Shown one piece after another: positions 12,240 to 23,237 of a stretch of DNA of 64,000 bases (its first letter is position 1; each line of letters opens with the position of its first letter). The position numbers and the translations under genes were made by a program. The notes beneath the pieces are model-generated. The model worked only from the letters and a program-made list of their open reading frames with translations, did no database searches and was not told where the DNA came from. The stretch lies in contig NW_024704743.1 in NCBI RefSeq assembly GCF_018977255.1, forward strand, positions 34,226,001 through 34,290,000, written 5' to 3'. Origin of the DNA: Callorhinchus milii (Eukaryota).

Positions 12240-14135
12240 GAAATAGTGATTCAATGCTAAGACGTTTGTAGCATGAACGAGGCTTGAGAAAGCCTCATAA
12301 TACGTTTCTACGCTATTAAGGTGAAAGGCAAGGTATCTTTATGGATGTACTACATGCATTGGCGTGAGTCCAACATTGAAAGCAGTCACTTATTAAGTTC
12401 TCCTGGAGACTGACAAAATTTTCCTAAGTTATTTATATGCAAAGCATCTGGCCACTGAACGGTCCTAAAACCCCCAGTCCCTTTCTGAAGCTTGGAGATT
12501 AGAACCCATTTAATAAAATAGGGAAAAAATATTAATCTGGACACGAGGAACATTTCAGACATGATGCTCCATTTTTACTTCCACTGACAGTCACAACCAA
12601 AGCACAATAATCTGTTTGAGTTTATAAATCAATTTAGCCTAAGTATTTTGCTTGTAAAATTCTCTCAAATGTTATTGCTTTTACTTACTTTGCTGGGAGA
12701 TGTGGGCCCTGAGGAGGCTATAAATGGGAAATAAAGTGCAGAAATAAATTATTTGCAAAGTAAAAGTCCCCTTACCAGCTCTGAGCTGCTGTTGGAAGCT
12801 GCATCAATGGCCCAGTGGATAGCGGCTGCAACACTAGGCTATACAGATGGTAAGGTCAGAGGGTTCAGCCTCAGTTGGGACCACAGTATCGAAGAGGCCT
12901 TTGCTGGTTTGTGAGCCTGTTTGGATGTCAAATCATAGGATCACGTTTCAGTTTGTCTATGACGCCACTCACATTCAAATAGCCTCTCGACATTCATGGT
13001 CAAGGCTCACACACAACTACACAGTGCAGCCCCATTATAATACACATCATTACAGCGTGACCTCACTCATAATGTGGTTCGACTGTGGACCTCAATACTG
13101 TACATTTGCACACCTGGCCCGCCGACAAGACTTTAGATACCAAAATGGCTGACTTCTAGGTCATCAGATCGCCAAGAGGTTACTTCCTACTTTACGTATA
13201 TGTGGCACACACACAGGAAGTGGTGTTGGAGGTGACCTAATGACCCGGGTGGCAGCTACTTTCTATTTTAGGGTGAAATTGGCAGCCACACAGTAAACTG
13301 GAAGGCACACAGGGAGTGAGTCAGCCGGCTGGACGTTTGTGAGGTGTGATAGCAGGTGTCACTGTAGATGAGGCAGCCAGTCAGCTCATTCACTCTCTGC
13401 ACGGCCTTTTCCCACGCTAAAGGAAAAGTTGGCTGACTTCTGGGTCTGCGAGTCACCGGCAATGTTTGCTGCACAGGAGCAGTATGATGTTAATATGAGG
13501 CTATTTGGCCCCTTTTCTCTTGTTGGTCTTTGTTTTCCAAGAAGTCATCCATCCTAATCCCAAATCCCTGCTCTTTCCCCATAGCCTCAAATATCCTTCC
13601 TCTGCATATGCTTGTCCAATTCTTTTCTAAATGCTCTAGCATCAGCAAACAAAATGGGGAACTCCAATATTGTTAACAGTGACTTGTTTTTAAGAAAAAG
13701 GCCCATTTTTATTTTTTCAAAGGCCACTATAGGTTGAGATAAGGGACTTTTAGCTGGGAAACAATTCAGTTCCTAGACTGTAGTTCCCCTTTATTATGGA
13801 GAGGTCAGCGGAGATTAAAGCTACCGAGAGCCATTCAACATTAGGTCTTCAAGTCGGTGACTAATTCTGCGCTTCCTAACAGTAGAAATTAAAGTTTGCC
13901 CTTAGTGATGTCTTGTTCGATTACTCAAATCAGTTCCTACTTAATCGTCTGGGACTCTCTTGTATGTAAATTTTAAAATGCCACTACCATACTAAAAAGG
14001 AAACTGCATGTGTAATTTGCCCTTGGGACTCCAAGACGTTGCAATGAGTCACGGCTACTTCAAATACGTCCATCAATATAAAAGATAACAAACTGGTGGA
14101 ATACTTCATTTTCAATGATAATGAGTATTTTCTCA

Positions 14136-14930
14136 GACGCCGACAGCATCACCATCCATGGTTACACACTCCATCTTGCTAAACCAGTCCAGAACCTTAG
14201 CATCTTGTTTGACCTTCAACTATCGTTCCTAGCCCAAATCTGTGCTATGATCCGCTCTGCTTTCCCCCACCTCCGCAACATCACCCAGCTCCGCCACTGT
14301 CACACTCCAGGCCGCCGAAACCGTCATACACGCTTTCATTACATCGAGGCTTGATGATGCAAACTCGTTGTTTGTCGGCCTCCCCAACTCCTCCATCCAC
14401 AGGCTGCAGATCATCCAGAACTCTGCAGCCCGTGTCCTCTCCCGCACTAGGTTCCGTGACCCTATCACCCCCATCCTGGCCCAACTCCACTGGCTTCCCA
14501 TCACACAGAAGCCATAGTTCAATATCCTGGTCCCCACCTTCAAAGCCCTCCCCGGTCTTGCTCCCCACTACCTCTGTGACCTCCTAACCCCCTACCATCC
14601 TGCTCGCTCCCTCTGCTCAGCGGGCTCCAGCCTGCTTCACGTCCCCCGCCTTGCTCGTCCCACTATTGGCGGGCAGGCCTTCTGCCACTTTGCTCCCACC
14701 CTCTGGAACTCCATCCCGCAGTCCCTCTGCCTCGTCCCCTTCCTTGCCTTCTTCAAGACCCATCTCAAGACCTTCCTCTTCGACCATGCTTTTGATCTCC
14801 CTGCTTCCCCCCCTGCCCTCCACCCTCCCTGACCCCGACCCCAAGCTCGGGTCTGAAACTCTGTCTGCCCAGCGCCTTGGGACATCCTCCCGACGTGAAA
14901 GGCATGATACAAATGTAATTTTGTTGTTGT
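14136..14930 (+). mobile_element. L2 LINE 3' fragment
   Basis: Frameshifted ORF2 C-terminus ([31 protein letters not shown]). Tail cagcgccttgggacatcctcccgacgtgaaaggc followed by (ttg)n. Confidence 0.93.
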
Positions 14931-15282
14931 TTCTACAGTAGACTTTGGAAACCCCAATATATTTTTAAATCAAGCTTTCTTCATACTTCTCCACAACTTT
15001 GCATAGCTACAATGGCAAGCTATGTGGTTTTAGATGGTTAGACTCCAGCAGTACCCCAACACACACTCTGGAGTCACAAAACCTTGGCTCTTACCAACCT
15101 GTGCATAATTCTTTCCAGAATTAGATAAGATAGATAAATCCCTCCAGGGAGAGAGTGTGCGTTCCAATCCAGTACACAGGAATTTCCATGTGTAGGCAGG
15201 ATGAATGGAACTCCCAGTTTGCTTTGGATGCATTTAAATACGGTGGTGGGCTTCAGACACCCGACTGACCTTAAAAAAGCTT

Positions 15283-15610
15283 CTGTCCTCTCCTGCATCA
15301 GGCTCCATGAGCCTATCACCCTCATCCTTGCTCGGCTTCACTGGCTCCCCAGCACCCAATGAATCAAATTCAAGATCCTTGCCCTCATTTTTAAATCCCT
15401 TCATGGCCTCTTCCCAACCTACCTCCAACCTTACCTCTTCCCTGCTCCCTCGACTCAGTGAACACCAGCTGCTTCATGTTCCGTGCTCCACCATCAGTGA
15501 GCCAACTTTCAGTCATTCTGCCCCTGCTCTCTGTAACCTCAGCCCAGAGTCCCTTCCCCTAACCTCCTCCCTCCCCATATTAAAGCCCATCTTAAGATCT
15601 TTCATTTCAA
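15283..15610 (+). mobile_element. Older L2 ORF2 C-terminal fragment
   Basis: cttcactggctccca...atcaaattcaagatcctt (LHWLP...IKFKIL). Confidence 0.75.
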
Positions 15611-16224
15611 AGCATCACCAGCATGTTCATGGATTTAAAGGAAACCTTGCAGCACAGGGGCCCTTTCCTCCATCCATTGTCACAGGTGCTGTGAACAAAT
15701 TGGTTAGCAATCAACAATCTGAATCATATGACAAATTTAATAGCGATCTTAATTCGATTTGACTTCATGGAAACAGCAACAATAAAAACGAGTTGCAAAG
15801 CTGTGGCAGAATTCCTTGTTATTTCTTGCACCTCATTTACATCTTATTTCTATATTTACTACCCATGCTCTTGTTGGCAATGAAATGAATGTAAAGGATT
15901 TATAGCATAGCTGAAGTCTGATGGCGTCTCCAGCAGAAAATTGGCTCTTTTCGGACAACACATTGTATTGATGGGTTATATTGTGGAGTCGGGGTGGGGA
16001 GTGAATGTGTCTGTTAAGTGTCCAGATGTGATCTGGAGACTACCTATTTTAAACCTATTCTCCAGATAAATATTTGCCAACACAGAGAAGGAAAACAGAT
16101 GTAACAGTGAGAGAACGAAGAAAAAGGACAAAGAAAAATGACTAGAAGGAACTGTATGTCTAAGCATTTTTTAAGAGCTATTTCCTTGCAAAATATTCAA
16201 GTTTATTTGAACTTTAGCCTGAAA

Positions 16225-16445
16225 ATAAATAATAATAATTTGGTCATTTAATCCACGACTGTTTGTGGGACACTGCTGAGCGTAACTGGCTGCCGTGTTT
16301 TGCCCACAAAATATACAGTCAATTCACTTGATAGTATATTCTGTGAAGCGCTTTGAGATGTCTCGAAGACGTGATAAGGTGCTATACCAAATACAAAGAT
16401 TATTATTATATCAAATGCAAGTATTATTAGATGATTATTATTATA
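16225..16445 (+). mobile_element. SINE 3' half with duplicated tail tip
   Basis: Deu block and tail, with tatcaaatgcaag-(tta) repeated. Confidence 0.85.
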
Positions 16446-17734
16446 GTTGTAGATTTGTACATTGTTTATTCAAATGCATTTTTAGGAAATATTGGTCAAA
16501 CCATGCGTTCAAAAAATACATTGCAAACAACAAATACATTTTAACATCCTTTTTTTCCCTTTTTTTGAGGATTTCTGTTTAAACAATGAGTGCAGTGCTG
16601 CTGATATCATCTGGGGAATCAGCAAGGAGACAGTGAGCCAGACCTCGTGCAAGTGCTGATTTAACACACAGTTGAAATGGTGCGATCACTAAAGCACTCT
16701 GGGTTAATGACTGCATTGCTGCAGATGTTAATACAGTTGCCTCTGACTATTCAGCTCAGTTACTCCTCTAAAGCCAGCTTCCCAGGGGATTGAAAGGAGC
16801 AATCATAATTGAAAAGAAAAATATTCCAATTCATTATGGGTCTTTATAATGTAGTTGTTGGGTTTATAAAAAGGATCCATTTGGTGGGGTTAACTCCTCA
16901 ACAGACATGGGGGTGGGGGGGAAAGTGTCGGTAATTCATGATGCGTTCACTGATATTTGTTTGTACTATCAATTCACTGACTACCACAGTAAAGCCCAGA
17001 TGGCCCACTGTGATTGCCCAAGCAACCAGAAAACATGTTAATAGCAGTTTACTATCTCAGACACAGCGTCACCTGAATTCTATTGAATGTGACTTCATTA
17101 GAGTTCACCTTGTAATTGACACAGATGCACCCAAAGCAGGGGAAAGGGACTAGTTAGAGCAGATAGCTCCAGGAAGGGAAGTGAGAATCAGCACTAGACC
17201 TAATGAATTGAATAGTCTCTTTCTGTGATCAAAATTTTTTATGAACCTATAAGAGTATGGACAAGTAAGGTTTCTGATTCTTATCAGCTTCTCTCTGGCA
17301 ATTTTTTTAAAAAATCACAAAAAGTTAAACCTGTTGCCTTAACACAGTGCTGCATTTATCTGCCAGCATTGTCTTCACAAACAAATGGTACTTTCTGTTT
17401 TTAACATGTCACTCATTCAGTGGAGTTTTGTTAAAGTCAACACAACCCCCCACCCTGTTGGTTCACATTCAAAGAGAATTGTTGTCCTTTCTGAACTTAA
17501 TTCCACATAGAGATAAAAATCAAAGTGTAGAATGTCACTCCAGAGAACAGGGGTTGGAGAATGGCTCTGGGGAAATCCCTGACCTTGCAGGAACACTTGT
17601 TCTTGAAGCAGACATGCTTTTAAGCAGGATGTGAACCAATGCAGCAATGGTAACATGATGCCTGTAGAACTCTGGTAAGTTATATGTCTGTGGCTGGCTT
17701 CCTACCCGCATATACCCAACAGCACACGTATCCG

Positions 17735-18040
17735 TCCTTTCGATGAGATGTTAAACTGAGGTCCTGTCTGTGCCTGTTGAAGTGGATGGTAAAGATCCCA
17801 TGACACTACTTGAAGAGAGAAGACAGTTTCTTCAAGTGTTGTAACCAACATTTCCCCCAGATAAAATCAGTCATTCACTTCATGGCTGTTTGTGGGATGT
17901 TGCTGTGTGCAAAATTGGCTGCTGTGCTACCCGGCATAATACGCAGTTTCTCCGTTTTGCAATAAAACCTGTGAAGTGTTTTGATACATCCTCTTGACCT
18001 GAAGGTGTGACAATATTAAATGCAAGGATTTTTCTTATTA
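17735..18040 (+). mobile_element. Old Deu-domain SINE
   Basis: gatgagatgttaaactgaggtcctgtctg...aaagatcccatgacact...ggctgtttgtggga...aaattggctgc. Confidence 0.85.
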
Positions 18041-18702
18041 TATAAGAAAATTGTAATTGTCAATACAGGATAGGCCTAGGAGTTTGGGAGAGCCTACGCA
18101 AAACTAATACCATTCACTTTCCTCTCACTAGTTGCTTTAAGTTTGATTTGGGATTTATTCCTCATTATTTATTTGATTATTAATGATCTCAAAGGTCTCT
18201 TGTTAGCGTTAGCCTTCATCACACAGTCAAACGCAAGTGAAGTCAGACTGCTGCAAATGAACTTGGCCCAGTTTCAGGAGGTTATAAATGTATGTGTTAC
18301 ACCTGCCTGGCATGTATTCTCAGTCTCCTACTGCAAGTGAAGCATTTAAGCCTCTGCATTCAGTTCCTCTATATTAACACTAGGACAAGTTGTACAACAG
18401 TATTACCAGCTCACAGGATTATACACAAGTTGTCAATTTGAAATAAAGAAAAGCTCAAAGGCACACAATAGCACTTTTGTACCTATTGGGATTCCTTTAC
18501 AATTCCTATCCTCCAGCTGTTGTATTTCAGAGAACAAAACACAACAAACAAGTGATACAGTTACTGTTACTGGTGACACTCACTTCCTGCTCAAGAGTAA
18601 TGACCATGAACAGGCAAGGTATTAGGAGGGAATCCGCACCTGTGGAACTGTATTCCAGCACAAGTCGATGCTTTGAGAAGAGAAGAAACTGTGAAAATGG
18701 AA

Positions 18703-19140
18703 AATAATAATAATCATTGCATTTGATATCAGGCCTTAATAATAATAATAATCCTTGCATTTGATATAGCGCTTTTCACGTCGGGAGGACATCCCAAAGC
18801 GCTTCACAGAACACACTGTAAAGTGAATTGACTGTATATTTGTGGGCGAATGCGGCAGCCAATTGCGCACAGCAATGTCCCACAAACAGTCGTAGATTGA
18901 AAATGACCAATTTATTATTGTTTTTGGTTTTGATGGGATTATTATTAGCGTGTGGAGTAAGGAAACTTGCCCAAGGTTTCGCCCTGCCTGGAATTGAACT
19001 CAGGTCTCTCACTTGCAAAGCGAGTGCTCTAACCACTGAGCTACAGGACTCCTTATCACATTGTTGAGACGTCTCAAAGTGTTTCTACAGAATATACTGT
19101 AAAGTGAATTGACTGCATATTTTGTGGGCAAAATATAGCT
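18703..19140 (-). mobile_element. Young full-length SINE (18739-19051) nested in the tail of an older SINE
   Basis: The host tail is split at ggcctta | cttatcac, giving a ctta TSD at 18735-18738 and 19052-19055. Confidence 0.93.
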
Positions 19141-21326
19141 TTGTGCTACAAGTCCTTCCACTTTCAACAATACATTTTAAAATCCTGTAATAAGTTCCAT
19201 GTAGCAAATGATCATTACCACAGAGCTCCCAGTTTCTTGACTGTGGCAGTAAACGTAATTCCAGATCACCAAATAATCACAAGGCCTGACCTATTTCAAC
19301 TTGCCTTGAACCAAATTGATTGAATCAAACATTCATGGTGGCATATAAATTCAGAAGCTTGATTGAATTATGGAAAACTAAAGCTATCTACCTGTGAATT
19401 TAGCCCCTACGTTTGTGATTTATATGAAATAAAGTCTTGACAGATTTGTGAATGACAGCAGTATGGGCAGTGCATCTGTAACTCAATATCTGGCCAATTG
19501 CTTACTCTTTCAGTTGTCTGCACTTTGCCAGTCCTGGCAGCAGAAAGAACCAGCGTTGTGCAATTTGTGTTAGAAAACGTGTCTGCTCATGACCATTAGC
19601 CCCTGGTGCACACAGTGCTCGCTGCAGCTGTGTCTTGCAAATACATTCACTTCACATCAGGATGTTGCAATAAACCACATTATTAAAATGTCAGGAATTC
19701 TGATGACGTGGGCTACAGAATTACCTAGAAGCCTGTAAATCAGGTAACCAATTCTCCTTTGCCCTCATCAGCAAACTTTTGAAATTCACAGTCAATTTTT
19801 AAATTCTCAAAGCCATCTGCTAATAAAAAGCGTGATTGACAATTTAATAAATAAGATTTGTACATTACCAACATGAAGTTGAGACCAAAATAGAAGGCTG
19901 ATTTTATGTCCTATAAATGCTAATTTATTTTTTAAAAAGTATACATATATGCATAGGTCCTCTGATTTGGGGGCTTAAACCCTTCAAAAACTATTTAATT
20001 GCCCTTGAATGTGAGTTCCAAAATTTAGGTTAAAATGATAAACCCTGAAATTATTGCATGCTGATTTACCACATGTGTAAGTCTTACAAATAGCAAAACA
20101 CATCAGAGAAGGGAAGAAACAGGGAAATTACAGCAAACGGTATGCTGGGAAGATAGTGCGGGTGAAAGGCTTTGCAAGTATCTGCACAAAATACATACAG
20201 AATTCTGTGCAGTCTGTGGTTAGCATCTTTCAATGTTATTTCCAGTTTTCAAGTGGATGGCCAAAATACTAAGCCTCATTTAGCTGTCTATTCCACAGAG
20301 AATAAACACAATGGCTGCATGTTACTGAATGTGGATTAATTTTTTTCAGTCACTGTCCGAGCCAGTCAAATTAAAGATAGAACACAGACTAATCTTCCTA
20401 CTGAAGGAAGAAATCCAACAGTGTATAAATTATCATGTGTAAATGACTGAAAAGGAAAAGAAAATGTACCATACATAAAAAAGGATGACAGCTTCCTTGG
20501 TGGGCTAACAGATAAGGCAATGCCAGCACCAAAGTTTGAGCTGGGTTAGATATCTCAGTGGTTGGGACACCACAATTGGCCTCAGTACCCCTAGGCTAGT
20601 GAAGGTGGGGATAAAAATCAGTGTTTCTTCTTCCCCTGGTTGTTGTTGTTGTTGTTGAGGTCAAATGGCCTGCTAATTGTTAAAGCCCACAAACTCAGAT
20701 AATGGCCACTGTACAGAGTATTGGAGAGGATGTCTGTACCCTGTTAAACCATACCCCAATGGAACAAAAGTTGATAAAATGCTTAAAGCAGAGGAGAAGG
20801 GGAGAAAATTTGCCATAACCGCCCCTCCAAAATCACTTTAGTATTTATACAAAACTTTCCCTCTCGGGAAGGAGGCCAAGGCTAGAGGAACTTTCAACTT
20901 CTCATCTTCTTTGGCTCTTACGTTCCTTTCAGAACTCAAGGAGCGTGAATGGTGTTCATATGTCTAGACTCCTCTTTACGCAGACTCCATACAGTTTGTC
21001 GATTAATTATTTCTACCCAATTCATTTATTCTCCTGATGGAAAGTTCCACATCCAAATCCCTGTTGTTGTTGTGCACATTCTTTGAACATTCTCTGAAGC
21101 ATTCATGTCACTTTGAAGGTAAATGACACATACAACCAGAACTCCAAATGTGGCCTCAGCGAATATTTGTAGTAGGTCAGAATAAATTGTCCACTGTATG
21201 TAAATGTGTCTATAGTACTTGGGTTCACATCTTGTTTCATTTTTGGATGATCTGAATACAATATAGTTTATTTCTCATTGTGCAACCTCTTTATAGATAA
21301 ATTATGAACCAGAATATTACCAATTT

Positions 21327-21424
21327 CTTCTCTTGAAGAAATCCTTACTGAATCTAGGGTAAATACTATCTGGGGTAAATCCTAAACTTCTCTTGAAGAA
21401 ATCCTTACTGAATCTAGGGTAAAT
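21327..21424 (+). repeat. 38-bp direct duplication, 60-bp period
   Basis: cttctcttgaagaaatccttactgaatctagggtaaat at 21327 and 21387. Confidence 0.95.
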
Positions 21425-21627
21425 CCAATACATTGACTTCTTTGAGCTTCTTTATAGCGCATGCTTTATTGACTTTTACCCAAGTTCTGAAGTGCTTTGG
21501 CACGTCCTCCTGATGTGAAGGGTGTTATACCAAATGTAAGGATTATTGTTGTTTCTCAGCCCAAAGGATCTGGGACTTTTTTTATGTCTTCATTTGGGAG
21601 AACAAATTTAACATATCTGGCATTTCT

Positions 21628-22062
21628 TAATAAATAATAATCCTTTCATCTGACATAGCACATTATCATTTCGTTGAGACATCTCAAAGCGCTTCACAGC
21701 ACTTTACACTTCACAGTGTAAAGTGATGTGGCTGTGTGTATTTTGTGGGCACAACAATGTCCCACAAACAGCAATGGAGTGAGTGACCAATTTTATTCAG
21801 GGTCTGTTGGCCAGGTCACCAGGAGAAACACCCTTCTTTTTTCAAATACTGCAATGGGATCTCTAACTTCCAGCTGGACAGGCAGACAAGACCTCAGTTT
21901 AACAGCTCATCTAAAGAAAAGTAACTTCGACAATACAGCATGCCCTAGCACTGCACTGGAGTGTCAGCAGAGGCTACATAGGCTCCAAGTCCCGACGTGA
22001 AGCTTGAACCCATAACCTTTTGACTCAGGCGAAAGTGCTATCGACTGAACCAGACTAATACA
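21628..22062 (-). mobile_element. Old Deu-domain SINE, near full length
   Basis: Reverse strand reads a head tgagtcaaaaggttatgggttcaag, the full Deu domain, and an L2-type tail. Confidence 0.85.
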
Positions 22063-22204
22063 CGTGATCATCTGTAACACATCTTGCCCGACGTCTCCAC
22101 TTATAGGGTCCACCTGGTCTTCCCACTCCTTCTGCTACATCAGTGAACAATTCTTTGGCTTCTCTCACTGTCTATAATCCACTTTTCTGATGATGTCTTA
22201 CTTT

Positions 22205-22831
22205 TCCCGGCTCTTCCACTACCTCACCCCCAGGCTGCTGAAACACTTGTTCATGCCTTCATCACCTCCAGGCTCGACTATGTAAACGCCCTGCTTGTCG
22301 GCTTCCCAACTCCTCCCTCCACAGATAATCCAGAACTCTGTAGCCCGTGTCCTCTCCCTCACCAAACTCCGTGACCCCATCTCCCCCATTCTCGCCCGAC
22401 TCCATTGGCTCCCTATCCTTCAGAGGATCCAGTTTAAGCTCCTGGTTCTCACCTACAAAGCCCTCCATGGCCTCACTCCACCCTACCTCTGCGATCTCCT
22501 AACCCCATACCAACCAGCCCGCTCCCTCTGCTCAGCCGGCTCTGGCCTGTTCCACGTCCCCCGAACCACCCGCCCCACCATTGGTGGGAGGGCCTTCAGC
22601 CACTCTGCCCCCAACCTCTGGAATTCCATCCCCCAATCACTCCACCTCGCCCCCTCCTTAGCCTCCTTCAAGTCCCGCCTCAAGACCCTCCTCTTCGACC
22701 ATGCCACCCCCTTCCCCTCCCCTCCCTTCTAGCCCCCTGACCGCTGCTCAGGTCTGAAATGCTGTACACTGTCCAGCGCCTTGGGACGTCCTCCCGACGT
22801 GAAAGGCGCTATACAAGTAATCTTGTTGTTG
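22205..22831 (+). mobile_element. L2 LINE 3' fragment
   Basis: ORF 22295-22732 (IIQNSVARVL, HWLP, PYLCDLL, GGRAFS) and an intact tail stem-loop. Confidence 0.95.
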
Positions 22832-23237
22832 ATATGCTTCCTATTACAATTCATTAAAATGTTCTGAACCAACAAAAACAATTGTGGATATAACTGTCTC
22901 TGCAAGTGTTTGGGTAACACTCACTCAGTGTGATAAGATCTGTGAAGGCAAAATTGTAGCCGCCAATGTAATGTAACTTGGGAAGTAAGGGTATTAAGAG
23001 GTATGGATGAATGCAATTAAAAGATCTGCTGATATAATAAACTGGCAAAACAATGCCCTGAATAATAATAATAATAATAATCCTTACATTTAGTTTAGCA
23101 CATTTCACACCACAAGACTGTCTCAAAGTTTGCAAGATATACTGTAAAGTGAAGTGACTGTGCATTTTGTGGGTGAATGGCCTCCTGTTTCTATAGTGGC
23201 CATTTGCCCACAAAATACACAGTGGCAACACTTTCTA

